Positions 36,641-52,459 of a stretch of 64,000 bases of DNA are shown piece after piece (the first letter of the stretch is position 1; each line of letters starts with the position of its first letter). The position numbers and the translations under genes were made by a program. Below the pieces are notes generated by a model. It had not been told where the DNA came from. It made no database searches and saw only the letters and a program-made list of their open reading frames with translations. Origin of the DNA: the human T2T-CHM13v2.0 reference genome, Homo sapiens; assembly GCF_009914755.1 (NCBI RefSeq), contig NC_060927.1. The stretch is one strand, 5' to 3'.

Positions 36641-37299
36641 AAGGCTAACCAAAAATAAAATCCAATACTTTATTTTTCCCACCCAAAACTAGTTTGGGAA
36701 GGATTTCTGGAAGAAAATAATTTTTGCAGTCATTTTACATGTTGGATTTTGAGTGCACATAACATACAGATTCTATTCTGTATTATCAGTTCAGAGGCAA
36801 GTTGAGATTTGAGGCTTCGCAGAGGTAAAGCCTCTGGTGAATCTGGTGAGATAAAGAAGAAAACAAGCCCAAGAGGAATTTCAGGGATCATTTATAATTT
36901 ACATCAATAAACAGAATGGGAAAAAAAACCCATTAGAGTTTGGAATAGAGAAGTATTAAAACACTTTCTTAGAAAGCTTTGAGTCAAAATTAATCTTTCT
37001 GTAGTGGCAGGAATATGATAAGCCAAACAACCCTAATGTCACAGCTCTATATTATTAGGTGTCGAATCAGATTTGCACTAAAACATCAAGTAAAAATAAA
37101 AGGAATGAACATTTGGTTAAGTGAACCAATTAGTCAATACACGCCAGAAAATGGTAAAACTGGATAAACCTAAAATACTCAACTACCTAGATTAATCAAG
37201 GCCAACCTAGATTATCACCCCAATATTACAACTATTTTCAACCAACTAAACAATAAATCTTTATCAAGAGCCTGATAGTTTAAGGTACTGTGATGAATA

Positions 37300-38330
37300 C
37301 AAATGAAATTGCTGATACTTTTTTTCAAGTCTATTTAGAAATAGAAACCCACAATTATGAAATGACAAAAACAATTAATGCAGTTAATAATTCAGTAACT
37401 TTTAAAAAGAAATAAACATGACAAAAAGTTCATTCTCACCAAATACTAAAGAAATGCCAATTCAAACACCAATGAGATATTTTCCTGTATCAGATTAGAC
37501 AGTAAAACAAACAATCCAATCAGAAAAATGGGCAAAAGATATAAAAAGACATTTCCCCAAAGAAAATATACAGATGGTGAACAACCATATAAGAGAGTCA
37601 ACATCATTTGCCTTTATGAAAAAATTAAACCACTACCTACCTATAAAAATGGTTAAAATAATAAAAGATAATGACAACACCAAATGATGGCAGGATGCGG
37701 AGAAACTGGATCATGCATACATTGCTTGTTGGGAATGTACAATGGTCAAGCCACTCTAGAAAACAGTTTGGCAGTTTCTTATAAAACCAAACATGCATTT
37801 AGTATATGACCCAGCAACTGCATTCTTGGGTTTTGATCCCAGAGAAATAAAAGCCTATGCTCCTGCAAAAATCAGTATATGAATATTTATACCAGCTTTA
37901 TTCATAATAGTAAAAAACTGGGGAAAAAAGTCCCTCAGTGGGTGAATCGTAACACAAACTGTGTGTGCAAGATGTTACCACTGAAGGAAGCTGGGTGAAG
38001 GTACACAGGACTTCCCTGTACATTTTTTCAACTTCTTTTGAATCAATAATTATTTAAAAATGAAAAGTTTAAAAAGTAAAAAAAAAAAACAAAAACTAAA
38101 AATGTTCATCTTCACTAAATATTAAAAAAAATGCCAATTCAAACACAAGATATTCTCCTTTTACAAATTAACAATTTATATGGATTTTGGGAGGGTTGGG
38201 AGTAATCATGCTAATAAGTATGCAATAAGAGGATACTTTCGTATACTACTGATTGTGGGAATATGAATGGGGAGAACATTTCTGGAAAGCAATATGTCAA
38301 CAATATCAAGAGTCTTAAAAATGGTTGTAC
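37300..38330 (+). mobile_element. Ancient L1M 3' fragments
   Basis: AATCCAATCAGAAAAATGGGCAAAAGA; AAACAGTTTGGCAGTTTCTT; GACCCAGCAACTGCATTC. Confidence 0.75.
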
Positions 38331-39582
38331 AAGCAGACACCCATTCTGGGCACTGCCAATTTCTCCATGTCCTTAGTACATTTTTTTTCAGTTCATTCAG
38401 CATCTTTGTTCCAGGCACTGTGCTAAACATTAAAAATACACCAAAGATGAGTATGAGTAAACATGATTTCTGTTCTCAAGAATTTCAGTTTTGTGGTAAA
38501 TATATCAAAGGTGATTTTTTATAAGAGTTTTTTATAACAGGGTGTGACGTTTCATAGGAGCATGAAGATAGCTGTTTCCTATTTGTCTGTAGGCAGTATG
38601 ATGTCTTAGATAAATGCCAGGGTTTTGAGCTAGTTTGGTTGGTATCAAATAATAAGTAGTTAATAAATCATCTTCTATTTATTAGTGGTATCACTTTGGG
38701 AAGCCTATTAGCTTCCTGAACTTCAGTGTCCTCTGTAAGATGAGGCTACTAAGCACTTGCCAATGCCATGAGGAATATAACAATTTATAATGGACAGGAA
38801 GTCCTATGGATATAAGATATTTTAGGACTCACATTCTTTGCTTTAAAATCTATTATTTCCTATATTTTTAATTGTCAGAGTTCTTTAGCTCTGCCTTTTC
38901 TGATTGATTTCCAGCAGATGGACTCTTACCTATAACCTAGAAGTTGCTATAGTAGACCTCCTAACTATAGATAAGAGAAGGGCATGCCAAATGCAGTTGA
39001 ATCAGGTGAAAGTCAAGCAACAAAGCTGCCTAAAATAAATTTTATGTAAGGTAGGGTGCCAAAATCATTAAAATAAAATTCTATTCTATAACTGTAATCA
39101 CGTAAGTGCTTTCATGAAGTTGTCTATGAAAACTTTCTTTTTCGCTTTCTGGACTTCAAATATTTTAAGTTTGCTTTTCATTTACAAAGATTTTTTTGCT
39201 CATTAGTAATCATGAACTGTATTCAAACTTACACTTCTAATTCTAGAAGATATATAAACTACCATTTTTTAATTATAAAAATGTTTATATATCTTGCTTT
39301 AATAATTTCACCTCTAGGGATCTAGCTAGTTAAATAACAAGAGCTACGGAAACATATTTGTGCACCAAAATGTTTATTACATTATTTAATGTAATGAAAA
39401 ATAAGAATCAACCTAAATAAGTAGAAGAATAGGTAAGTAAGTTAAAAATGAAGTTAATAATGACTCCTTAATGAGAGAAGACAACATAAGGCTACATACA
39501 GAATTGTAAAGAAAATAATCCACAGAATGTGTGTTTTATTTTGGTAAATGGTTCCTAAAACTAAGTAAGTACATAGAAAGAA

Positions 39583-39839
39583 TTTTTTTTTTTTTTTTTT
39601 AAAGACAGAGTCTCACTCACGTTGTCACCTAGGCTGGAGTGCAGTAGTGCAATCTCAGTTCACTGCAGCCTTCACCTCCCGGGTTCAGGACACGCCACCA
39701 CACCCAGCTAATTTTCTTGTATTTTTAGTAGAGACACAGTTTCATCATGGGGCTGGTCTCAAACTCCTGACCTCAAGTGATCTGCCCACCTTGGCCTTCT
39801 AAAGTGCTGTATTATAGGTGTGACCCACCGCACCTGGCC
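39583..39839 (-). mobile_element. AluS SINE with ~40-bp internal deletion
   Basis: GGGTTCAG joins directly to GACACGCCACC, lacking the ...CTCAGCCTCC...GGGATTACA block; TSD TAGAAAGAATTTT/TAGGAAGAATTTT. Confidence 0.9.
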
Positions 39840-40999
39840 TAGGAAGAATTTTAGAAAGAAAGCTCCATATCAGGAATTGAGAAGCCGGTGTTTTAATTGA
39901 GAATATATTTGCACAGAAAAATCTTGGCATAAATATTGGTTTACAAAGCAAACAAACAAAGTAATGTCCTTTAATCTTGGATCAGGAGCTGCCCAACAAC
40001 TCCAAAAAGTCAGCTCATGCAAAACCATCCAAGGACAGATGAATCAGCCAAACAAGAGAGAAAGGGGAAGGGAAAGTGTCTTTTCACAGGCAGCTTTTGA
40101 GGCAGTGCATAAACCATGCCTCTGCACCATCCAGACCAGACAGTTGTGACACAGGGTTGACAAAGCAGGACAACGAAGGGTAGCTGCTCCTAAGGTGGGG
40201 ATGATGCTGGAGCAAGGGGGAGCACCAAGAGGAAAAAAAAAAAGCATAAAAATAAGATAGCATAGTAAAAAATAAGATAGTCATAGTAGTTACCTCTTGA
40301 TTGATGGGATTATGGAAATAGGGTTATTTCTTTGACTAAAATTGCCAGATCTTCAGTACAATTACATTGCTCTGCTGAGCAGGATGAAATCAAGTTGAAA
40401 AGTAATCTAGTAGTGAGGTACAGCCCGTATGCTGCAAATGGCCAACATAGATCCTCAGATGACAGAAGTGAGTGATGCAGGCCTGTGGTTTACGTACAGC
40501 TCCATGACGTATGAATGGCAGAAGCTGTGTATGTCCACAGGCGAGCCCCATTTCAAGAAGTGCTTCTGGTCACCACTCTGTTGTCCTGTGTATAAGGATG
40601 TGGTTCAGAACAGCCAAGTCTTATATTTCAAGAGGAGCCAGAAAGACAAACTTACCAGTGAAATCCTAATATTTATATAATAGCTCAATATCTGGAGGGG
40701 CTGGTTTGGTATAAATCACCAGTTTTACCTCTGACCTCTGTTAATGCATCAGAGGTTCAGGAGAGAGTGAGAAAATTGTAAATGGAATATTTTAGGACTA
40801 TTATATTGGGGCCCAGGCTTTAGTGAGTCAGAGCGAGAAAGTAGGGGGCTGAAACTATTTGACTATTAATTTATTCAATAAAGTTTTATTTAATGTTGGA
40901 AAGATGAAGATGAATCAGATAGAAATCCTGTTTAGAAGCTTCTATGGGAAGAGATATCACCATAGCTAATATGTCTTAGCCTCTAAAAGGAATTATGGC

Positions 41000-41180
41000 A
41001 AACTATATTGTATCATATATGATCTCATTTAATCATCATAACTGCAGGAGGTAAGTAGTATTATCCCTGATTTTCCATAAGTGAAAACTGAGTCTCTCTT
41101 AGTTACATAGCTGACAACACAACCGGGATTCCAAATGCCAGTCTGATCCCAGAGCCAAGCTATGAACAACCATGCTATAT
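41000..41180 (-). mobile_element. MIR SINE
   Basis: ATCTCATTTAATCATCATAAC...GAAAACTGAGTCTC. Confidence 0.7.
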
Positions 41181-42499
41181 ATTATGGCAGATCAGGGAAG
41201 GAAGACATTACTTCTAGCAGCAAGAAACATTTGTGGATGAAAAGATTTGAGCTTGGAGAGAGCTGTGTTGAGCCATGTCCAAAACAATTTCTGGCAACCA
41301 TACGATAAAGGTAAAAGCCAGAGATTGAAAAGTAAAAGCTGGTGGACTAAAAATGGTCCATAGACAGAGAGTCATCAAAACAACAAAACAAAACAAAAAC
41401 CTTAATCATAATTAATTGCCAATATTTCAAAAGTCTGGAGAATTCACATAAGTTTAGATTTCCAGCTCTTCTGGAGAATTAGAATATCTAGTAACAGTGT
41501 GCTAATAATCCCACATGGTAACAACTGGTGAATCTGGCAGAGGCTGCCCAGCTTCCAATGGTGTATAAGCTCTCCTCTTCCTATGCAACCTGCCTGCCTC
41601 ATTTATATGAGCTGCTTGGATGCTGCAGATGCTTGAATCTAAGAGCTTTGGTCTGGAAAGTGAGGCCCTAACAAGGAAGAAGGAATAACCTATGGATCAA
41701 GGAGAACTGGGAGTCCAGAAATGAAGGTTATTTGTAAGTCTGGACCCAGCCATTCCAACTCCTTTGAGGAAATAAGATTCTAAGGAAAAGGCCGTTTGCA
41801 TTCTGCTCTCCAAGATCTCTGGGTGTTGGAAGAAACTGAATTGGGGGAGAGGGGGAAACTTGACTGGGGGCTCAATACAGACATGTAAATTTGAAGGAAA
41901 CAGAGAGTTTAGATGACAGGCAGTAGAAAAGTTAATGTGTCCATTCTATGGCTGACCCAAGATTCTGTTTCCAGAAGACCTCTCTGGCTTGTTAAGTGTT
42001 CATGGTTGCAGGGGAAAAGTTAGAAAAAAAGAAAAACAAGCCAAAACCCAGCTCCTTAAATGTTTCTAATTTTATTTTCAAACAATCAGGCAGAGTAATC
42101 CCTTTACACACTCTTCAGGCATTGGCTGAGGGTCCCAGTCAAGAACCATTCAGTTTTGGGGGCCTTAAGAAAAATATTTCCTATGATTAAAGGAACTTTG
42201 GACAGGTTATTACCTTCTTTGAGCCTCAGTTTCTTTGTCACTTAGAAGGTTGAATGGTTTCCACATTCTGAGGGTAAGGAATACGAGAGTGAATGAAGAA
42301 ATATCAAGTGCATAGCTCAGAGTAGGAAGAAAGAAGTGACCAGGGACAAGGCTAAGAACTTACTCAAAAGGTGCCCAGCTGCTCAGCATTCTGTCCAAAA
42401 AAGGGACACTGACATCTCTCCAGCATTCTAACAGCAGTCACATAGCATTATCAGCTAGAAATGAAAACAGATTCAATTCTATATCCTGCTAAAAGCTTG

Positions 42500-43450
42500 A
42501 GGGTCACACTAGCTGTGTGATCTTTGGCAGCTGGCCAAAACCCTCTGAAAGGCAGTTTCCTCACCTATAAATTTTTAAAAAAATATTTATTGTGAAGATT
42601 AAATGAAGTAATGCATTTAAAATACTTAGGGTGCCTTAGAGTTCCAGCACAGTTCGTAGCTCATAGTAATCAGTTAATAGATATTGACTTTAATAAATAG
42701 ATACTTAACTGAGCCTCCACCCTGGGCCTGTTACTATGCTAAGTACCAGGAGTGCAAAGGGAAATGAAACACATTCCCCAAACTTGTGGAACTCAGAGCA
42801 GGCCAACTATATGAGTAGTAGATTTTTAACACGATGAGGAAACTGTTATAATGGAAAAATAAATAGTGTGAAGAGGGACTAAGGAAGATAAAGATATGGT
42901 GAAAAAAAGAGGGTTCAGGCTCCAACTGTGGCATGATCTAGATCTGCAAGGAAGAGTAGAGAATTGCAGTAGAGAAAGCAGGGAAGACATTCCAGGCAGA
43001 AGAAACAGCTTCCACAGAGGTAAAGAAGGCAAAACGTTTTCAAAGGTTCTAGGGGTGGGGGATGGTGGGGAAGATGGTCACGGAATAGTGAATGGTTCAA
43101 GTGAAACTGTTGTATGGGTTGTGAGGGCAGTTTTATGGGTTGGGTGATAAAATCAGAAGAGAAAAATTGAATTCACGCTTTGAAAGGCCTTGTGTGTCTT
43201 GCTGAGAAGCGTGAACACTAACTCATGAGGAGTAAGGCGCGGGTCTTTAAAGGAAGGAAGTTTCATAATCAAATTGTTTTCCATGAAAGATAATGAAGGG
43301 AGCCAGCCACAAGGCTGTTGCAATCAATCGTCCAAACAAGAGGTGACAAAGACTCTAAAACTGGCCACCAATGAATTGAAAGTGGATGGTGAGGAAGAAA
43401 GAATACAGGGTGACATAAACACAATATGTAAAATCCAAGGTATGAAAATG
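42500..43450. mobile_element. MIR (+, ~42500-42690) followed by L2 (-)
   Basis: CAGTTTCCTCACCTATAAA MIR core; then L2-like purine-rich sequence. Confidence 0.65.
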
Positions 43451-46400
43451 GCCTGGTCCCTTCGTCCTTACCACAGTCATCCCAAGAGACCAAAACAAAA
43501 ACACAGAAAATCTCTTTTAAAAATAATCTCTTTTGTTTGTATGCAAATAGGCCATCCACAGTGAAAATGCAACTCAAATGCAATATTTTATCTGCAGTCC
43601 ACCAAATGCAAAGATCAAATTGGTTTACAAATGCTGTCCTTCTTAAAAATTCCAACTCCTCACATTAAAACTGTAGCCAGCTAGTGCAAGTTAAGATTGT
43701 TTGCAATCTTAAATAAGATTTGAGTAAAGCTGAAATTGAGACACTTTTCAAAAGAGGCCATCCCTTACTCACATTGCTGAAGAGTAGAAAGATTGACACC
43801 TTCTTTTATCAGAAAATTTCTTTCAGGGAGTAATGCCTCTTGTGTGGTGGCAGACCCTTCAAGTCTTCCAGATAAAGCATGTGATGGAAGTAGCAGGGAG
43901 CTGCAAAAATTGCAACTCTATGATTCTGCATCACCGACTTGAAAACTACAAGCCCAGGTTGACAAATGTACATTTTAAGTGTTCAGAGAAGTCTTAAGTG
44001 CCTTGCTTTGGTCACAAAGTTGCCACAGGGAAGTAAGTTTTTGAATGTGCAGTGCCCCGTCCCCAGCTCTGTTGTGAAATGGAAACTTTAAAAAAAAAAT
44101 CACTGATTTAAAAAACCACTGGTTTTGTTTTTTAACAAGTTTAGTCATATTGCCTGTGTTCTATATACCCCAATCTATTTTATTTTACTTTGTAGTGTAC
44201 ATTTAATTTATACTCAAATAAATATTTTACATAAGGTGCTTTCACGGACCTTCATGCTTCCCTAAATATTAAATATGCTGCCCATTTGTTAAAATGTGTT
44301 AGTTTTGTTATGTATTATATCCCTTCCCCTGCACACATAGAAAAAAAAAATATGAACTTAACCTTCAAGCAAGTTTTACGTTTAGAATATTACCTCATTT
44401 TATTTCTTCTAACTGAGGTTATAAAGAAAATGGCAAATGTCATGTGCTTTGTAAAGAAATGACAGTTTCTCAGAATACGTAAATGCACACCCTTAGACAA
44501 ATAGGCCACTTAAATTCAGAATCACAGTCTTTTGAATATTGGTTTAATATTCTCAGATAAAGATTGAAAGGATAACAAGTTTTGGAATCAGGTGTTTACT
44601 TTGAGTTCTGAAAGGTGACATCACAGGTGTTGGTAGTTTATTGATATTTAATTTTTAAATGTGCTGCTGTATATATTTCATTTGATTAGAAATATGTTAC
44701 ATAGTTATGTTATTTGTTAAATAATAGACCATCTTTTGTATAACCTATCAGAAGAAGTTCTGAGATTGTAAGATTAGATTGTAAATCCTATTGCATAACT
44801 AGAATACAGAATTATTAAATTGGAAAGGAAGTTAAATCACTTAGACCGTCCTTCCCCCAGGAAGTCCTCTCTACAGTGTTATCCATGACAAATGTTTATG
44901 CAGGCACCCTAACCATTTAAAATACGAAGAGAAGGAGAAGAGATATATCGAGAAAACTATTCCTGAGACAAGAGACCAGGGGAAAACTTTTCTTAGTTGT
45001 AACCTACACAACTAGCTAGAATCTACCTCATGCTCTTAAGATGGTGTTTAATCATGAGGATATCATACATAACTGAAATTGTATAATGTTGAACATCTTT
45101 TGGTGGCAAGTACCTTGACTTTATTAAATCAGTGTAGGTCTCCTGCATTCAACTATGGTCTCTAGGAGGGCAGGGACCACACTTCTTAGCTCACCTTGGA
45201 TCTCAAGACCAGTCCAAGGCCTTCATTCAGTCAGAGCTAGTTAAGCATTTGTTAATTGAATGAAGGAAATTAAAAAAAAAAAAACTAGAAATTCCAAATT
45301 GTGCAATTACATCTGTGAATTTTAAGGTGTTATTGGAAAATGGGAAAAATTACTGAGATTCGAAGATGGATAGGAACAAAGGTAAAGCATGAAAATGTGC
45401 ATATTTGTGTGTTGCTAGAGTCAATAGTGATTGCCAGTTCCTATGCAGCCCTGGCACCACCTCTGAAACCTTGGCCAACCCCTGCCATTAGGTGTTGAGA
45501 TACACGACAGGCAGGTGAGGAAGGAGGGGTGCTCTGGATGTAGTCTTGCCGCTAGACTGTGGTCTTTAGTGTCCATGTCCATGGGGTGAGTTGTGAGCCC
45601 ATCAGTTTCCCACACTACAGTCCTTCTCTGGCTTAGCCTTCCTTCCCTGTCCTGTGGTCCAGGTTACCCCTGGCCCCTGTGGCCTTCCTCCAGAGATGGA
45701 CCTTCCTCCACACACTTCTCAGGAGCTCCTGATTCTAGGCATGCCCCAGAACACCTCAACTCCACTCTGCCCTGTCTCCATCAGACCAGAGACCTCACTT
45801 AGACCCTGGGTATGGGGTTGTTGGTTCTCCACTTGCTGCGGTTGTCACTAGCCTGAGCTCTATCCTGAGCTCTGTCCATCCTTCTCATCTTCCTCATTGC
45901 CCTTTCTGCTAAAGCAACTGCACATCTGAAGGCTATACTTATCCCTAGTACAATGGTACTTTTTCTAAAATGCATACACCCTAATGCTTACCCTTTTGAC
46001 AATTTTTTCCTGAACCTACCTTTTAATATAAGCAAATTCAGTCTTCAATTCAAATAAGTGTATTTTGCTGCTGAAGCCACCATGTGATTTTGAGAGATAG
46101 TGAAGACAGACAGTCTTCTGCATTCACTTGTAGAATCCTGAAAATACCTCTTGGTGTCCCTTGCCTTTCTGACTTCTTGCTTGAAGACATCTAGACAAAA
46201 ATGTGTCCCTGGGTCCTAGTTTCTGGGTTCAGAAATTGATCGAATGCAAGAAAACAATACACATTGCCTCTTCCTTAGCATGCATGAATGGTAGGTGTGA
46301 ATTTGCATCATGAGAAAGTAAATAAAAGAAGATTCCCCAGGGCAGCTAGGGAGGCAGAAAAAGCCAGCCTAGGATGGGAGTGGAGGACATGTTAGAGGTT

Positions 46401-47708
46401 ATGAGAGTGAGGGTCCATCCTACCCCACCTCGGTAACTCACTGGTATGGTATAAATGCAAAATTTTGGCTCACACAAAGAAAAATACTCAACTTCTAATG
46501 CTTAACTATGTAAAATTTGCTTTTAAAGTACAAGTTAAAATTGTATCGCCCCTCAAAGAAACAAGAAACTCATTACATTTCTAAGAATGTTCCTTCAGAA
46601 ACATGGAACTGAAAGCTATTTTTAAAAATTGATCTGGCCCTTAGAAAACTGGGGCCTTTTCTTTAATTTACCTAAGGAATTGACATAAAAGTCTAGGGTT
46701 CTGCACCAGAAAAATGCAGAAAGTGTCAAAATAAAAGGCAGAAATACAAAAGGAGACTTTTTGCAGCAACGTTCTATGTATAGCATTGATTCCAAGGGTG
46801 CAACATAGGGAAGTGAACATGTGGACTGTGAAATTGATGCTAATTTTCTTTCCCACTAGTCTAGCAGCCCTCTAAAATGTCACATTATTAATTTAGTTAC
46901 TTTACCAGAAATCCGTGTATGTGGTTAGCATGTGTGTTTTTTTTTAATTAACAGACTTTACTTATTTTTAGAACAGTTTTAGATTTTCAAAAAATTGAGC
47001 ACATAGTACGAGAATTCCCATCTACTCCCTTTGTGGAACACAATTTCCCCTATTTTTACCATCTTGCATTAGTGTGATGTATTTCTTACGATCAAGCCAT
47101 TGTTGCTTCATTATTATTATTATTTAAAGCCCATAATTTACATTAAGTTTCTCTCTTTGGGTTGTACAGTTCTATGGATTTTGACAAATACACAATGTCA
47201 TGTATCCACCATTATAGTATCATACAGAATAGCTTCACTGCCCTAAGAATCCCCTGTGCTCTGCCTGTTGACCCTTCCCACCCCTCCCCAACCCCTGGAA
47301 ACCACTGATCTTTTTACTGTCTCCACAGTTTTGCCTTTTCCAGAATGTTCTATCTTTGGAATCATACAGTATGTACCCTTTTCAGATTGACTTCTTTCAT
47401 TAAGCAATATGAATTTAAGTTTTCTCCATGTCTTTTCACATCTTGATGGCTCATTTCTATTTATTACCACATAATATTCCATTGTCTGGATATACCACAG
47501 CTTTACCAACTGAGGGGCATCTTAGTTGCTAATTATGAATAAAGTGGCTATACATATTCACGTGTAGGTTTTGTGTGGACATAAGTCTTCAATTCAATTG
47601 AGTAAATATACCTAGAAGTGTGACTGCTGGATCATATGGTAAGAGTATATTTACTTTTTTAAGAAACTGCTAAACTATCTCCCAAAGTAGTTTTACCATT
47701 TTGCATTC

Positions 47709-49218
<1,510 letters not shown>

Positions 49219-51229
49219 GTATCTTACTGTTTTAATTTGCAATTCTCTAATGAGGTATGATGCTGACCACCTTTTCATATGCTTATTTGCTGTCCGTGTA
49301 CCTTCTTTGGTGAGGTATATGTTCAGATCTTTTGCTCCTTATTAAATTGGGCTGTTTGTTCTTTTATCTTTGAGTTATAAGAGTTCATTGTGTATTTTGG
49401 ATACCAGCCCTTTATCAGATATATCTTTTGCAAATATTTTTTCCCCAATCTTTGGCGTGTCTTTTTATTCATATAATGGTTGATACATGTTTCTGCTTTA
49501 AGGAGGAAGGGTTTTAAAAATACAATTTACAGTAGCAGTAAAAATAAAAATTTATTGCAAATGTCTTATGTTCACTCTCAGGTGATGTCAGGGAACTATG
49601 GACCCAGCAGGGTTTAATTAAAGGGGAGTGTCAAGTCCTGGGGGCTGTGGTTGACAATCCTCCTTTATTGGCAATTGTGCAGCAGGGCTGGGAGTAAGAA
49701 GACAACCCAGTCCTGAGCTGCATCACTTCTAAATTAAGAATAATTCAGGAACTGTGTTTACGGTGAAATCCTGGCCCTTCTCACATAGATTATATTATGC
49801 ATAGGATATGAATTTCTGTCCATGAATCCAAGTATATATGAAATCATCACTTTGAAAATTTCCTTTAACTCAACTTAATCCCACTGGTGAGCCTCAATCC
49901 TGCCAGTTGAAAAAGAGACTGTAACTGGGTCATGCAGGAGTCTCCTTCCTTTCCTGCAGCCCAGTCAGAATTCAAGAAGTTCACCTGGTAACTGGAAAAT
50001 GATGGAAGGGCCTCAAGTCCCTAGTCTGTCCTGGTTGCCATTGGCACCCTTACTATCTGAGCCCATAGTGGTCTGTGAAGTCCGGCAGCTCCCTGCCCCC
50101 ATGCCACAGTGGGGAATGAGAATATCTACTGATGCTGGGCCCCATGAGCAAAGCATGCTGCCTTTCTAGGCATGAGCCATCACACCTGAGGTTGCTACCC
50201 CCTCGGGAGCACTGATGGAGGGGCAGTTGGGTTTCTACTGCTCACAGGACCCAGACAACCATCCCCTGCCCTCCCTTCTTCTTGCACTTCAAAAGCACTC
50301 TCTTCCTCTCTTTTCACCTCTAAGCCACAGGTATCATCTCTTCCATGGGCTTTCACAAAAGTCTGGATGAACCTTTGAACTTGTATCTCTTCTGCTTTCC
50401 CCCTTGCATCAAGAAAGCTTAGAAAACAAACACTAATTAACGTTTCAATAAATAATGCTGCTCTAATTATTTGTGGAAACTATTCTGTATTAGAACTACC
50501 ATCAGCACCGCCTCCTAGAGTGCTTTTAGACTTGACCACTGGCCGCAGGAGGCCACTTCCATATAACAACAAACAGATGGCTGAAATTGGAAAACTCAGC
50601 TAAATGTTCAGATGTTTCTAGACTCCCACGGGTTTCTGGCTCTGGCACATGGAGTAGATCCTGACTGTGTGGTCCTCAGGGGACTCTCTCTGGTGAAGTT
50701 TGGTGAGGTCAACTTCCACACCCACACACACCAGCTACTGTGTGTAGCCTGTCCTCCTCTGGTTGCTTCTACTTGCAGCCTTGGCCTCTTCAGTCCTGAG
50801 AGCGTTGGAGAATGAGGCAGTGGAGGAAGCAGCCCCACACAGAAAGCAGTTTCTGAAGTAACCTCAGCAACTTCCTCCTCACCAAACACAAGGAACTGAT
50901 CTTCTCCACTGGGCTCGGCCTCTGGTCAGCCAAGGACAACACTGTTGACCACCATCACGGTTGGCCCCACTCCACCCTTGGCTCTGATGACATATGTGGG
51001 AGTCAGAGGAATTTTGATTGGCTGACTGCTGGCCTGTCACACAAACAAGATGGGGCAAGGGGGTTGCGATATGACTTGACATGTGAAAAAAAAAAAAGCC
51101 GTGGTCAGCAACCCCCTGCAACTGTTGAAAGGCTAATTCAATCTCTGACTCTTTAACAAAAGTGATCTTGTTCACTGCCTGTTCTGCCCTGAGAGCCTTC
51201 TCTGCTAGGAGGTAGGTTGACTGACTCAG

Positions 51230-51660
51230 GGAGAAGGGTGCTGGTGGCAGAGCTGCCAATGGGTGAGGGTCCTAGAGACTATCGACATGAGGGGCAGTTG
51301 AGAACACTGTAGTATTTAGCTGAGAGGAGAGACTATTAATAAAATTTACAAAATCAGCTTTCAGCTATTTGGAAGGGTTTATATAAAAGGATAAAATAAT
51401 ATGTTCTGGTAGTTCTAGAAAACAGGACAGAGACAAGTAGCTGGTACTTATGGATTGGAGGAGTGAGTGGCAGTAGTTTGGGGATTATTTATAAAAAAGA
51501 CATTTTTCTGTTAACTCTCTTTTCTAATAGTGAATTTCCCAACCTGACAAGTAAGAAAGCACAGGCTAGACACGCATCTGTCATGACACTGAAGGGGTCC
51601 TTGCTTGAGTGAGAGACTGGAATGATGAGTTTTGAGGTCCCTTACAGTCCAGCAACTCTA
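51230..51660 (+). mobile_element. L3/CR1 LINE 3' fragment
   Basis: Ends TGAGGTCCCTTACAGTCCAGCAACTCTA, resembling the CR1/L3 3' terminus. Confidence 0.55.
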
Positions 51661-51859
51661 GCTAAGTTGGAGAATAAGAGAATTCCATGACACCATATCA
51701 CCCCCTCATTTCTGCTGCCTGCCTCACCATTCATCTCTCTTTACTCCTTTTAATATCATTCTACGTTACAGCATTGGAGGAGGCTGCTCTAAATAGGAAC
51801 TGAAATAAGTAGATTAAAGAAGTGCTATGGAAGGGAAAACAATAAAACAACTTGTTTTT

Positions 51860-52065
51860 TAAGAGCCTACTATTGCCAGGATCTGTGCTAAGCACCATAT
51901 ATATGCCATGTTATTTAACCGTCATGACATGCCTATGAGATATTTAGTATTACTTCTGTGAGGAAGCCAAAGCTCAGAGAGGTTAAATAACTGCCCCAAG
52001 AACACACAGGCATTAAGTAGTGGAGCAGGGTTTGAACACAGGTCTCTATGACTCCAAAGTGCAGT
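51860..52065 (-). mobile_element. MIR SINE
   Basis: GAGGAAGCCAAAGCTCAGAGAGGTTAAATAACTGCCCCAAG. Confidence 0.8.
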
Positions 52066-52459
52066 GTGATATGTTATTTTTACTGATCTGTTTATGGAAA
52101 ATGATACTGCTTTCTAATTTAGTATTAACACAAAGATTTTTTTCTAAATAGATTTACTTAAAGTATGTTATAAAAATACTATATAAATAATGAAACAGAT
52201 TTTACATGAGTATGAAGTGGTACTAGTAGCTAGAATGATGAAAGTTTGGGGAATACTACTCCAAATATTTTGATAGCTAGCCTTTCAATTTAGCCTGTCT
52301 TATATTTGGACTGCTGAGTACAAGGAAAAGAAGGAAACATGAAAATTAAGTGAAATATGAGTTACTTCCCCTGTGCTCTGATAGGTGGGTAATTGATCAT
52401 ATGTCACAATAAGAAAATCAAATGAACCCTTTCAAACAACAGCAAAATCTGTGATTGTA